A stretch of 64,000 nt of DNA from assembly GCA_013239625.1 (NCBI GenBank), contig MU053487.1, positions 3,121,058 through 3,185,057 of the forward strand, in the 5' to 3' direction. The DNA is from Lama guanicoe. Its lineage: Eukaryota. Below are positions 47,041 to 60,900 of the stretch, in pieces. The notes under the pieces were generated by a model. That model was not told the DNA's origin and ran no database searches. It worked only from the letters and a program-made list of their open reading frames with translations. The number at the start of each line of letters is the position of its first letter. Within the stretch, counting starts at the first letter, position 1. A program made the position numbers and the translations under genes.

Positions 47041-49439
47041 GGGACATGGTTCAAAACATTTTTAAAATGTTCATAAGCCCTCACATAGAGCTGGTGGGAG
47101 TCTACTCAGGGATAATCTTTCTGGGGTGGCAATCTAGCAATATATCAGGTATTAAAATGTACGTATGCTTTGGCCAGGCAATTTGAGTTCTGTGATATCA
47201 TCTGTATTTTATGTACAGAAACGTAGTACAAGGTGAGGTTCATTAGCAGGGACCTGGTTAAATAACTTAACGATATTTCCATACAGTGGGTTCCCCTGCA
47301 TCTATCAGACAAAAACAAAAACAAAACAAACAAACAAAATAGTGCTCTATGCGTTGCTGTGAGAAAAAGCAAATTGCAGGGCAATATATATAATATATTT
47401 AATGCATAATATAATGTCATTTGTGCTTTCTAAAAATTAAAAAAAAAAGATTTATAGCTATTGGTGTTTGTTCAGGCAGAAACAGTAACTAGAAGTATAC
47501 AGAAATAATCCAAGGAAAGAGACTGACAGGAGGACACTTACTTTTTATTTTTTATGTCCTATCTGAATTTTATTTTTACCATGATGATATATAACTTTTG
47601 CACTTTAAAAGCAAAAAAAAAATAAATAAAAGGCTAAAAATGTGTGTGGGAACACAGAGATAAACAGACAAAACATCTGGTCCACAGAACAGGTTATGAA
47701 ATGAAAAAGGCAGCTCAAGAAATTCCCTTGGTGCTAACAACAAAGTCCTCAGCGGTGAGGGAGCTGGAGCCCTTTGTTACTGGTGCAGGGTTGGAGCCAT
47801 TCATTTATTCAGTTAGTCACAGAGCAAACAGAAACTGGTTACTGGGCACAGTGGAATCAGGGGTAAATCCAGCCCAACAGGCAGAGAGAGTCCGGTAGCA
47901 GAGGGAGACCAGGGTGGAGATGGGGGAGGCAGAGGCAAGGGCGAGCGAGGGATGAGAGTGTGTCCTTAAGAGGGAATGGGCAGCAGCAGGGACCGCTGAA
48001 AGGTCAAGGAAGATGAGCATAGAGGAGGACCTGGAGGTTTGCTGGAGACCTTGGCCTGGACAGAGCACAGGGGGCTAAAGCCAGAGGGTGGAAGGGGTAA
48101 TAGAAAAAGGGGACACCTCTCCCAGACTGGGTCAGATTCCCCGTGACCTTCTCTGAGGCTGTTTGGAGGCAGGATATAGAGGACAAAAGTGATGGCAAGA
48201 ATCCATTGTCCTGTCCTTCCCTAGGGTAGGGAAGGGAGCCAGAGGGCCTCCACAAGACCACCCAGTTTGGGCAGGCCCACTCCTAACACTAGAGCAATGG
48301 AGGCCCCCGGACTGTTCTCCTTCTCCTCCGGCCATCACTCCTTCCTGCATCGTGGGGGGCCTTGCATGCACGTGAACAATGGGACAAACCAGCCCACTTG
48401 CCCAAGCTCCCTCCACCTCCACCTCCCACCGATGTTACCCGTTCGTGCACGTACTGGTCAGCAATGGGAGGAAGACCTGAAACAAGCGGCCCACACAGGG
48501 TAAACGAGCCCTGTAAATGGACTCATGATGTCTGGGCAGGCATAGGGCATGTCACACTGGCCTTGTCACCTCCTCACTCTGGAGCAGGCTGCAGCTCAAG
48601 GGAGTCAGAGCAGGATCCTCCCAAGTACACAGACCAGAACAGGGACCCTGGCTTCCCAGCTCTGAGGGTGGAAGAGACCTTGGAAATTATAAATGAGGGA
48701 GCCAGGCCCAATCAAGGGAAGTGGAAGTGGTCCAGGTCTGTGGGCGAGCATCCCTGGCCTCATCTCAGGAAGTGGCTTTCAGGCTATAAGGCACACAGAC
48801 TCACCCCAGCAGTAAAAAGTGGCTGCTAGTATCACTTGTGAGCAGAAGCCACACGGTGCCAAGGATGACAGTCCATGTGATGTCAGGTTGCTGCAGTAGA
48901 CAAGTATAGGCCTTGCCCTGTCTCAGTGGGTGATCTCATCACCCACCTGCTCACACACCCAGGACATTTGGGAGTCATTCTTGGCCCTTCTCTCTCACTC
49001 TCGTCATCCATCAGTGAGCCTTGTTAATCCTACCTTTCAGATCTATCTCCAGTCAGTTCCTCTCACTTGAATCCCAGTGCCCTCCATCCCTGTCCTAACC
49101 CCTGCAGGAGTTTCCTCATCAAGTTCCCTGATGCCCCGCTCAAGTCTGTTCTCACACAGCAACCAGAGTGATTGCCGTAAAACACAGAGCTGACCATGAC
49201 ACCCCCAGCCTAAGATCCTTGATGGTCCTCCTACTGTTCTCAGAATAAAGTTTAAATTCCCTACTGTTGCTAACAAACCCATTCATGATCTGGCCCTTTC
49301 CTAGCTGTGTCCTCAGCTCTCTGTGTTCCACCCCTGAGCTTCTTACATTTCCTGCCAGCAGTACACTCTCCCAGCTTTAGCACAATGGGGGGGGGCTTTT
49401 CCTTCTCTCCTGGCTTACTCCTCATTCTTTTTCCTTTTT

Positions 49440-50210
49440 TTTCCACTTAAAAGTTAAAGTATAATTTATGTACAGTAAAATTCACCCTTCATCATGTACA
49501 GTCCTGTGAGGTTTGACAAACCCATAGTTTTGTAACCACCACTGCAATCAAAGTATAGAACAGATCCATCACCCCCCAAAATTCCCTCATGCTCCTTTGG
49601 AGCCAGCACTAGTGCCCATCGCCAGCTCCTGGTAGCCCCTGATGTGTTTTCAGGTTTGCACTTTATATAAATGGATGTCCTATAAATGGAATCATTCAGT
49701 ATGTGTGTGTCACCTTTTGAGAATGGTTTCATTGACCTCGTATAATGCATTTGATACTCATCTATGCTGTTGTGTGTATCACTAGTCTTGTGTGTTTCAT
49801 CTTTTTTTGTTGAGAGCGTTCCATTGTACAAATGTACCACAATTTATTTATCCTTCCACCAGTGGGTAGGACATTTGTTTTTTTTTCAGTTTTGGGAAAT
49901 TATGGATAAAGTTGCTATAGACATTTTTGTAAAGGGTTTTGTGTGCACAAACATTCTCATTTCACTTGGAAAAGCACCTAGGAGTGGAACTGCTGTATGT
50001 GAAACTTTATAAGAAACTGCCAAACTGTTTTTTTCAGAGCTGCTATACTAGTTTGTATTCCCATTGCAATATGAGAATTTGAATTGCTCCACATCCTCAC
50101 CAGGATTCATTTGGTTCATTTACCCATTCATTCAATTTCTTGACATTCTGCTAGTGTGTAGTGGTGCTGCATTGTAGTTTTAGTTTCCACTTCCTTGATG
50201 ACTAATGACG
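49440..50210 (-). mobile_element. L1 3' fragment
   Basis: tataatttatgtacagtaaaattcaccc..tataaatggaatcat..aagaaactgccaaactg. Confidence 0.8.
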
Positions 50211-51014
50211 GTGAGTCTACTTATTATTTGAAATCTCTGCTTGGTCTTCTACCAAAAAAACCCACTGTACCCTCCCTCTGTAGACTAAGTTCCTGTCCTT
50301 TGTGGTTCCATGACAACCAATATTTATCTCCATCTTGGCCTTAACCCACTAAACTGCAATTGTTTTCCTGTGCCCTGCCTGCTCACCACCCTGGTCTCTC
50401 TCACCCTCCCACTCTCCCTTTCTCTCCCTCCCTCCCTCCCACTCTCCCTTTCTCTCTCTCCCTCCCTCCCACTCTCCCTTTCTCTCTCTCCCTACACACA
50501 CACACACACACACACACATATGTGAAACTTTATAAGAAACTGCCAAACTGTTTTTTTCAGAGCTGCTATACTAGTTTTTATTCCCATTGCAATATGAGAA
50601 TTTGAATTGCTCCACATCCTCACCAGGATTCATTTGGTTCATTTACCCATTCATTCAATTTCTTGACATTCTGCTAGTGTGTAGTGGTGCTGCATTGTAG
50701 TTTTAGTTTCCACTTCCTTGATGACTAATGACGGTGAGTCTACTTATTATTTGAAATCTCTGCTTGGTCTTCTACCAAAAAAACCCACTGTACCCTCCCT
50801 CTGTAGACTAAGTTCCTGTCCTTTGTGGTTCCATGACAACCAATATTTATCTCCATCTTGGCCTTAACCCACTAAACTGCAATTGTTTTCCTGTGCCCTG
50901 CCTGCTCACCACCCTGGTCTCTCTCACCCTCCCACTCTCCCTTTCTCTCCCTCCCTCCCTCCCACTCTCCCTTTCTCTCTCTCCCTCCCTCCCACTCTCC
51001 CTTTCTCTCTCTCC

Positions 51015-51054
<40 letters not shown>
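49996..51054. repeat. Near-identical 523-bp tandem duplication (49996-50518 and 50519-about 51054)
   Basis: The copies differ, as far as I can read, by one base (gtttgtattc vs gtttttattc) and by (CA)n length; each holds three 30-bp polypyrimidine units and (CA)n. Confidence 0.92.
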
Positions 51055-51055
<1 letters not shown>

Positions 51056-51086
51056 ACCCCCCACCACCCCACCCCACCCCAAACCA

Positions 51087-51121
51087 NNNNNNNNNNNNNN
51101 NNNNNNNNNNNNNNNNNNNNN
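51087..51121. other. Assembly gap (35 N)
   Basis: Run of n flanked by C-tracts. Confidence 0.99.
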
Positions 51122-51169
51122 CCCCCCCAAGCTTATCTTGGTAAACACGATACTGCTGTGCGAATGTAT

Positions 51170-51900
51170 GTGATGATGACGAATTGACAGCGCCTTGGAA
51201 AAAGGCAAAGCGGAAGAGGCCGGCCGGAAGCGGAAGTGCGGCGCTGAGTTAGCGGTGTCTCAGTTGCCATGGAGACTGGAAGGGGCGACAGGCAGCCGGC
51301 GGACTCTGGGTCCTACGCGTTCGCCGGGGCAACGTGGACCCCAGCCCCGCTTCTGGCCCGGACTCGCAGCCCCAGCCAGTCCACCCGGCTGTCCTCCCTC
51401 GCCTACTCCGAGTCCTTCCACTACGGCTTCGGGGGCCGGCCCCGCCGCGTCTCGCCGCTCGCGCTCCCGCCGCTCCCCGAGCCTCACCTGCTGCGTCTGC
51501 GCCCCACCTCGCTGCGCACCCAGGACATCTCGTACTTGCTCACCGGCATCTTTCGCAATTTGTACACCGCTGAGGTAATCGGCGAGGAGGTGAGCGCGAG
51601 TTTGATCAAGGCCCGCGGCAGCGAGGATGCGCGGCACGAGGAGTTCGTGGAGCAGCTGCAGCAGGTAACACAGCCCCCGTGCCCCGAGCGTTCCCTGCGC
51701 GTGCTCACCCGGGGTGGGGCAGCATCTGTCTGCGGCCGTGCAGGGGATCCAGGGTGCACCCTCAGAAAGGTGGGCTCCCTCAGCACTCAGCCGCTCGGCA
51801 AGTGTTATCCCCTGCGGGTTGTCGCGCGCCGTTTCAGGCACGGGCTGGGGAGGCGGGGGAGTGGCGGTGGGGAGAGGAGGAGGCTGGGAAAGAGCAGACC
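51170..51900. promoter_or_regulatory. DLEC1 CpG island promoter with tandem ETS sites and an RFX X-box
   Basis: CCGGAAGCGGAAGTG at 51224-51238; GTTGCCATGGAGAC at 51263-51276; CpG dense. Confidence 0.85.
51269..51664 (+). CDS. DLEC1: DLEC1 coding exon 1 (METGRG...EEFVEQLQQ)
   Basis: gccATGG Kozak context in a CpG island; donor CAG|gtaaca. Confidence 0.93.
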
Positions 51901-54900
51901 AAGTCCGTATCTCAGTATACGCGACATTCTAGTGGAAAGACACTCGATACCGCGCTTAGGCAAATAGGTACATACTACACACACAGGGCATGTATCTGTA
52001 GCAGCTACCTATCTTTATTTCTCTACATACATTTACACATTATATATTGCATATGTAAATAAAACGACCGGGGCAGATAACTGAATAGTAGTTGCTCCCT
52101 GGAGATGACAAAACTAAAAGTCAGTCCCCCTTTGGGGACTCCAGTGACAATATCTCCACCCTTTGGGGTGCCTGACTTTGTACCCCAAAACATAGTCTTA
52201 ACCGAGGCATTCATGGCCAGATTTTAGGAAGCTTGCCCAGTTTCTGGAACAGCAACTCGGCTTCCTCATCTGTGTAAGGAGGAAAGCAGCTGACTGGAGT
52301 TGTCTCTCCTGAGTCTTTGATTGCTGGCCACACTGCCCACTGCTCCCTTAAAGGGAGTCTCTGTGCTTAGTGCTTTCAGGCAATTGAGGGCAACTCTGAA
52401 AGGGCTGACAGCTGGAGACAATCAACTCCCTATGCTCCCTGCAGCTAGGCAGCAAGTCCTTCTTTGAAGAGGGGTTGAGGGGGGGCTGGGTGACACAGCC
52501 CTTTCTCTACCATATGTAGTGCTAACTTGTATTTGGATGGCAGCTCACTTTACTGTGAAACCAGGAGTCAGGAGACAGGGTTTCAGACTTGGCCCTTACT
52601 GACCTAAAGGTGAAAGCTTTAAGCCATTTTCCTCTGTGGGTCTATGTTCAGATCTATTCAGTTAGACCAGATGGTCTCTGAGGTTCTGTGACTGTTCTTC
52701 TACACTTCATGGGAAGGCCTGATACTGGGGTGAGGGGGAGTAAAGCTGCATGATCTCACCATATTTCTGTGCATCTGATTGTCCACCTGCCAGATTCGGG
52801 AGCTCTATAAGCAGCGGCTGGATGAGGTTGAAATGTTGGAGAGACACATCATTCAGGCCCGCGCACGGGCCCTTGCAGAGAAAGAGCGGGCCATGCACCA
52901 GGCCAAAGTACATGTCCTTGAGCACTTCATCAAGATGCCTCCAGGTGTGTATGAATCTCTCCCCTATGCCCTTCACCCCGACTCCCTAGTTGTCAATCTA
53001 TTACTGTATTTGCTTCATTACCCACTCTATTCTTTTTCTGAACATTTGGAGAGCAAATTGTAGACATGATATTTCATTACCACAAAACGCTCCAGTGACA
53101 ATATCTCCAGAACAAAGACACTCTCCTACACAGCCAGCATAGTACCCCCCAAACCAAGAAATCAGCATTGGTACAGCATTAACCTCCAAGTCACAGATCA
53201 CGTGTGGATTTCACCAGCTGTTCCACAGCGACTCTTTCTCCTCTCTGGTCTAGGATTTTGTCTAGGAAGTCATGTTACATGTAATCCTCATGTCTCTTTC
53301 TCAGACTTTTCATTTGGAGCAGTTCTTTGATCTTTTACTGTCCTTCGTGTTCTTGACAGTTTTTTTCCCCTCCCTTTTTTATGGTGGTAAAATACACAAC
53401 ATAAAATTGACTATCTTAACCATTTTTTAAGTGTACAGTTCAGTGGTATTAAATACATTCATAATCTTGTACAAACATCATCACCATCCATCTCCATAAC
53501 TTTTCACTGTGTAAAACTGAAACTCTTTACCCATTAAACAATACCTTCCCATTCCCCCTCATTCCAGACCCTGGTAACCACCATTGTACTTTCTGTCTCT
53601 ATGATTTTGACTGTTATAAGTACCTCATATAAGTGGAGTCATATGTATTTGTCTTTTTGCAACTGGTTTATTAACTTGGCATAATGTTCTCAGGGTTCAT
53701 CCATGTTGTAGCAAATGTCAGAATTAATATTATTCAGCCTATAAAGGAACTTGTAAGTTACAATATTCCATTGTGTGTGTGTACCATATTTGGCTTATCC
53801 TTTCATCAGCTGATGAACTCTTGGGTTGCTTCCGCACGTGAGCTGTTGTGAATAATGCTACTATGAACATGGATGTGTAAATATCTTTTTGAGAACCTGC
53901 TTTCAATTCTTTGGGTATAAAACCAGAAGTGGAATTGCTGGGTCATATAGTACTATTTTTAATCTTTTTAGGAACCAATATACTGTTTTCCATTGTGGCT
54001 GTACCATTTTTACATTCCCACCAACAGTGCAAGGATTCCCATTTCTCTACATCCTCACCAAGATTTGCTATTTTCTGTTTTTGTTTTTGTTTTTAAATGT
54101 ATCCATCCTGATGGGTGTGAGGTGGTATCTCGTTGTGGTTTTGATGTGCATTTCCCTGATGATTAGTGATGTTGAGCATCTTTTATATATGCTTCTTTGC
54201 CATTTGTATATCTTCTTTGGAAAAATGTCTATTCAAGCCCATTTTTAATCTATTGTTTTATTATTGTTGAGTTTTAAGAATACTCTCCATATATTCTGGT
54301 TATTAACCCCTTATTAGATACATGATTTGCAAATATTTTCTCTTGTTCTGTGGGTTGCATTTTTACTCTGTTGGGTAGTGTCTTTTCACGCACATTTAGT
54401 TTTCATATGTCCAGTTTGTCTGTTTTTCTTTCGTTGCCTGTGCCTTTGGTGTCATATCCAAGAAATCATTGCCAAATACAACATTGTAAAGTTTTTGCCC
54501 TATGTTTTCTCCTGGGATTTTTATTGTTTTAGGTCTTGCATTTAGGTTTTTGATTACTTTTGAGTTAGTTTTTATAATATTACAAATGAGTTCAACTTCA
54601 TTCTTTTTTTTTCTTTCTTTATTTTATTTTTTATTGAGTTACAGTCAGTTTACAATGTTGTGTCAATTTCCAGTGTAAAGCACAATTTTTCGGTTATACA
54701 TGAACATACATATATTCATTGTCACATTCTTTTTAACTTCATTCTTTTGCATGAAGATATCCAGTTTTGCCAGCATCATTTGTTGAAAAGATGTTGACCT
54801 TTCTCATTGAATGGTCTCTGCACCCTTGTCAAAAATCACTTGGCGGTATGTATAAGTGTTTATTTCTGGCCTTTCTATTCTATTCCACTGGTCTCTATGT

Positions 54901-57900
54901 CCATCTGTATGCCAGTGCTATATTGTTTTGATTCCTCTAGCTTTCTAGTAAGTTTTCAAATCAAGAAGTGTGAATCCTCCAGCTTGTTTGTTCCTTTTCA
55001 AGATTGTTTTGGCTGTTGGGTGTTCCTTGAGATTCGTGTGAATTTTAGGATGTGTTTTACTATTTCTATTCCAAAAATATCATTGGGATTTTGATAGGGA
55101 TTTCATTGGATCGGTAGATTACTTTGGATAGGATTGACATTTTAACAGTATTAAGCCTTCTAATCCAGGAACACAGAATGTGTTTCCATTTATTTATTTC
55201 TTCCTTGATTTCTTTCAGCAACGTTTTATACTTCTTTTCTTTTTTTCTTATTTTTGGGGTTTTTAAAAATAATTTTTATCGTACAGGTCTTTGATCTCTT
55301 TGGTTAGCTATTAAGTATTTTATTCTTTTTGATGCTATTGTAAATGGAACTGTCTTCATAATTTCCTTTTCAGATTGTTCATTTTTAGTGTATTGAAATG
55401 CAACTGATTTTTGTGTGTTGACTTTATGTCCTGCTTCTTTGCTAAATTCACTTATTAGATCTTTTTTTTTTGATGAAGTCTACTTTCTCAACTTTTTCCT
55501 TTTATAAATCATGCTTTAGTATAGTACCTAAGAAACCTTTGCTCAAAGTCACAAAGATTTTCTCCTGTTTTCATGTAAAAGTTTTTTTTAATTGCCTCCC
55601 CCCAGCTTTATAGATTTTTTTTAACATTTTTTATTGATTTATAATCATTTTACAATGTTGTGTAAAAGTTTTATAATTCAGTTGGTTTTATTTTTAGTTT
55701 GTTTGAAGGGGGAAAGGCAGTTAGGATTATTTATTTATTACTTATTTTTTAAATGGAGGTACTAGGGATTGAACCCAGGACCTTGTGCATGTTAAGCATG
55801 CACTCTTCCACTAAGCTATACCCTCCCCCTGCTTATTAGTTTTAACAGTTTTTTGGGTGTGTAATTTTTAGGGTTTTCTGTATATAAAATCATTTCATCT
55901 GTAAATAGATTATTTTACTTCTTCATTTCTAGTTTGGATGCCTTTTATTTCTTTTTCTGGCCTAATTGCTCTGATTAGAACTTCCAGTACTGTGTTGACT
56001 AGAAATGGTGAAAGCAGGCATTCTTGCCTTATTCCTGATCTTAGAGAAGAAAAGCCTTAAGTCTTCCACCACTGAGTATAATGTTTGCTGTGAGTTTTAA
56101 TCTATGCCTTATATTATGTTGAAATAGTTCCCTTTTATTCCCAATTTTTAGTGTTTTTTGATCATGAAAGAGTGCTGAATTTTTTCAATTTTTTTTCTGC
56201 ATCAGTTGAAATGATCATGTGATTTTTTTCCCCTCTCTTCCTGTTCATGTGGTGTATTTCATGGATCAGTTTTTATATGTTGAACCATCCTTGCATTGCA
56301 GGAATAGATCTCACTTGGTCATGGTGAACTGTCCTTTTAATATGTTGCAAAATTCAGTTTGCTAATATTTGTGAGGATTTTTGTATCAATGTTCATAATG
56401 GATATTGGCCATAGTTTTCTTGTAGTGTCTTTGTCTGTCTTTATATCAGGGTAATGTTGGCCTCTTGAATGAGATAAGTGTTTTCTCCTTTTCAGTATTT
56501 TTGGAAAAATTTGAGAAAAATTGGTATTAATTCTTTAGATGTTTGGTAGAATTCACCAGTGAAGCCACTGGGTCCAGGTCTTTTCTTTATTGAGATATTT
56601 TTTATTATTGATTCAGTCCTCTTACTAAAAGTCAACTCAGATTTTGTTTTTTTATGATTTAGTCTGGTAGGCTTTGTGTTTCTAGGAATTTTATCTAGGA
56701 TAAAATTTTATCAAAATTTTATCAATGTGTTAATGTACAGTTGTTCCTAGTGCTCACTTGCAATCCTTTTTATTTCTGTAGAATCGGTAGTAATGTCCCC
56801 ACTTTCACTTCTGATTTTAGCATTGTGAGTCTTTCCTCTGTTTTTCTTAGTCGATCTAGCTAAAGGTTTGTCAATTTTGTTGATCTTTTCAAAGAATCAA
56901 CTTTTGGGTTCATTGATTTTTCTCTATTGTTTTTCTGTTCTCTACTTTGTTAATCTATGCTCTAATCTTTATTTCCTTCCTTTTTCTGGTAGCTTTGTAT
57001 TTAGTTTGTTCTTTTTCTAGTTCCTTAAGTTCTAAAGTTAGGTTGTTGATTTGAAATCTTTCTTGTTTTGTGTGTTTATAGCTATAAAATTTCCTCTTAG
57101 CACCACTTTTATTGTGTCCCATAAGTTTTGGTATGTTGTGTTTTCATCTTCATTTGTGTCTAAGTATTTTCTAATTTTCTTTGTTTTTGAAGGGGGGAAG
57201 TAACTAGTTTTATTTATTTAGTTTAATTTAATTTTTTTAATGGAGGTACTGGGGATTGAACTCAGGACCTTGTGCATGCTAAGCATGCACTCTACCTCTT
57301 AAGCTATACCCCCTCCCCATGATTCCTTCTTTAATCCATTGGTTATTTGAAAGTGTGTTGCTGAATTCTGTAATTTACTGAATTTTCCAGTTTTCCTTCT
57401 GTTGTTTTCTAAGTTCATCCCATTTTGGTTGTAGAATATACTTTGTGTGATATCTATGTTTTAAAATCTATTGAGACTTAATTTTTGGCCTAACATATGG
57501 TCTGGGAAATGTCCCATGTACACTTGGGAAGGATGTGTATGCTGCTGTTTTTTGGTAGAGAATTCTGTATGTGTCTATTAGATCAAGTTGATCTGTTGGG
57601 TTGTTTAAGTCCTCTGTTTCCTCACTTACCTTCTGTCTGATTGTTCTGTCCATTATTGTAGATGGTTATTGAAGTCTCCAACTGTTATTGTAGAACTGTG
57701 TATTTCTCCCTTCAAATCTGTCAATTTTTGCTTTGTTATTTTGATGGTCTGTCATTAGGTGTATAAACATTTATACTTATTATATCTTCTTTTCTGTTGG
57801 ATCTTTTATTACTATATAATGTCCTTCTTTGTTTTGTGTAAGTTTAATTGGCAGTGGGGTGGGGAAGGAAAAGACCACTTCATAGATGGTGCTGTGTGCT

Positions 57901-60900
57901 CCCTTCAAGGGGTATGTGATGTCTGATTTATCTCTTTTCATGATGCTGGTGGTCTTTGCCCAGATCTGTTATTTCATTAGGGGTTATAAATTGTAATAAA
58001 ATGCTAATGGTACTGAAATACTTTCACAAAGAGAAACTTTTCAGCAATGACTTTGATTACCCCAAGATATGAGCAGGATTAATTCTTTCTCATTAATTCT
58101 TAATGAGGTTTGCATGTTTGGTTTTTAATATCATTGTGAACTCATGGATTTCATAACTGCAGTTATATTTATTCTCCTTGTTGATGCTCAAATTGTCCCA
58201 TCTTTAGCCAACTGGAGCCTTTTCAGGTTGACTCCTGACTCTTTTGACACGACGTTAATTGTCTTTGGAAATTTCCTTATTTTCTGGAGTGGTCAGATGT
58301 TCCAGGCTCATCTTGTGCATTTATTGCCCCAAGTCTGGAATCAACCATTTCTCCAAGAAGCCCTGGTTCCTTTTATTCCCTCCAAAGACTTGAATCTATC
58401 CTTCTGCATCCCTGAAAATCATCATTTTCCAGGGCAGTAGAGAGAGTGCTTTTAGGGTTGGAAGACCTGACATAGCTGTGGCCTGGAGGGAGGGAGAAGC
58501 GGAAGATACAGCAGCTTAGGAAAGCATTATACTTACGGGGTCCTGCCAGGGACCGGATGATGGGTAAGATGCTTAGCATGGGTAATGCCACTGAATCCTT
58601 CCAACAACCCTGTGAGGTAGGGTTTCCTTCCATTTATAAAATACAGGAACTAAACTTACAGAGGAGCTCAAATAACTTCTCTAAATTCCCACAGCTCAGA
58701 AGGGCTGGACCCAGATCTGAACTTGTGTCTGCTGTCAAAGCCCGTCTCTTTCTTCTGTCAGGAGGAGGAAGGGCTGTTGTCCAGGGAGGAGATGACTTCC
58801 CTTAGGGTGTGGCTCTGAGTGTGAGGCCCTATCCTGTGTCAGGTCGGCCACCTCAGACCCCATCAGACAGTGAACACTCAGTGCAGATTCCATATCGCCT
58901 CCTGTTCCCCGCTCTGCACAGCAGAGTCGTGTAGCTGCCAGGCCCCCTCCCTCAGTCGTGGATCTGGGCAGAGATTGTTGGTAGCAGATTCTCAGGAGGT
59001 TTTATTGGCGGCCTGACATCGCCAGAGTCCTGGGAGTCAGACATTGTCCCTGTCGTTGGTAGGATTCTTTTCGCTAGAGATTAGGGGAGATTAAATATTT
59101 TTTTAATGAAAATGGAATAAAACGTTGAGAACTGGGAAACAAACATCAGGAGATAAAAGAGCAACATTGCCAGCAGAAGGCTGAGAAACCAAGGACTGTA
59201 ACGTCTCAGGGCAGGGCGAGGTGACCCAGGAACCTCTTTAATAACTTAGATAATTGATGGTGAGGACATTCCCCTGAAACCTGTCTTTTTTGAGACACAG
59301 AAGCAGCCTTTCTCTATTTGCTAGTGCAGATGTCACAGGACGGAAAAGGTGTAAATTCTCCCAGCAGAGGGAGAAAGATCAGAATTCTGCAGGACATCCT
59401 GTGCCTTCATTCCCTCCCCTTGCTGGTATCTTATCTGCATTATCTTCTGGGGCAAGGAGCAGCCAACCCCAGGCAGAGCCATAAGGTCAGTGTAGAAAGC
59501 CCACCCTTCCCTGGCAGGGGAAAATGGTCACAAGGCCAGTGCAGGGTTCCCAAGGCTCACCTGGTAGCCAGTCCAGGCCTGACATAAAGAGAGGCTTCCC
59601 AGGGATCTGATAAACAAACTGCCCCCCAACCCCCGCTCCTGCATACACAGCACCTAACTGCCCACACCCTGGGGGAGGACCGTGGAGAGAATGGCATCAG
59701 AAGAGAGAGGCTACCTCTCTTTGCTACATGGCCTTTACCCTTTTGCTGGAAGTTTTATCTTATCTTTTAATAATTCAAATAGGCCATCACCAGAGTCCTG
59801 GGGAACTGGGTTGGACTGTGTCAAATTTGGCACTGCTGCCACTCCCTGCTGATGTCTCTGTATTACAGAGAGGCCAGGGCTTGCATTTGCCGGAATGGAC
59901 CTGTCACCTGTGGTTCCAGGACAGGTCACTGGTGAGAGGCTCTTGGTGAGTTTTGGAAAGGAGGCCTTCTGTTCTCCAGAAGCAGTGGCTGGCAGACGAC
60001 TGAGCAGCTGCGAGTCTCACAGCAGGTTCTAGATAACTTCCTGAGATCCCCCTGCCGCCCACTTCAGTGCTGCTGGCTAAACCTGTCAGTGATGACCTCC
60101 CTGACCTCTCTCCAACTCCCCAGTCCCCTGCATTCAACCCCCTTATATATGGTAAACATAGACTGATTTCTGTTTTCCTCATCAAAACTTGACTATTACC
60201 GTCACTAGGCCAAACCTCAAAATGCCTAAATTAACGTAGATGAGAGGAGAAACATGTCTTCTTCACTTTCCTCACCTACATCTTTGGTTTTAGGGATCCT
60301 CCAGAGGGAAAGGCCATTTAAAGCTGTCATGTTGGGTCATGGAGCAAGCAACAAAATTTGAAGGCTTTCAAGTCATCCATTCATCTTATTTATTCCTTAA
60401 TTTTTATCAAAGTAGTTATGTACACAGTTTGAAAGAATCAAATAGTTCAGAAAAGCTTCTAGTGAAATATAAAAACATGTCATTACACACTTGTCCAAAC
60501 CCAACACCAAGAGCAAACTGTCATGTAAAGCGTGAGCTTCACGTGATAATGATGTGTCAGTGTAGGGTCATCAGCTGTAACAAATGTCCCATCTGGGGGA
60601 TGTTGATAACGGGGGAGGCTGTGCATGTGTTGGGGCAGGGAGTATATGGGAAATCTCTGTACCTGCCCCTCAGTTTTGCTGCACACCTAACACTGCTCTG
60701 AAAAATAGTCTGTTGAAAAAAATCCTCCACCTCACCTCTCCCAGCCTCAACCCACTTGCCAAAAATGGCCATTTCGAGCTCTGATTCTTCTGGGTACCTC
60801 TAAATAATATATCTTTCCTACTGTTTCTTGGATCATCAACCATAGATATTAATTATCGACTTCCCACTCTATTAAATGAGATTTTCTCTCATGTGTCTGC

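Larger units (their letters stand above)
53375..57830 (-). mobile_element. Long degraded L1 (3'UTR and ORF2) in DLEC1 intron 2 with nested insertions
   Basis: Continuous L1 antisense motifs; the minus-strand [33 protein letters not shown] is L1 endonuclease-like. Confidence 0.9.

Noticed and set aside
51160..51200. GTGATGA C-box-like motif near the DLEC1 promoter (snoRNA?)
   Set aside because: No convincing D box with a terminal stem, and it is not in an intron
51260..51841. 193-aa antisense ORF over DLEC1 exon 1
   Set aside because: Shadow ORF of a GC-rich coding exon with no independent evidence
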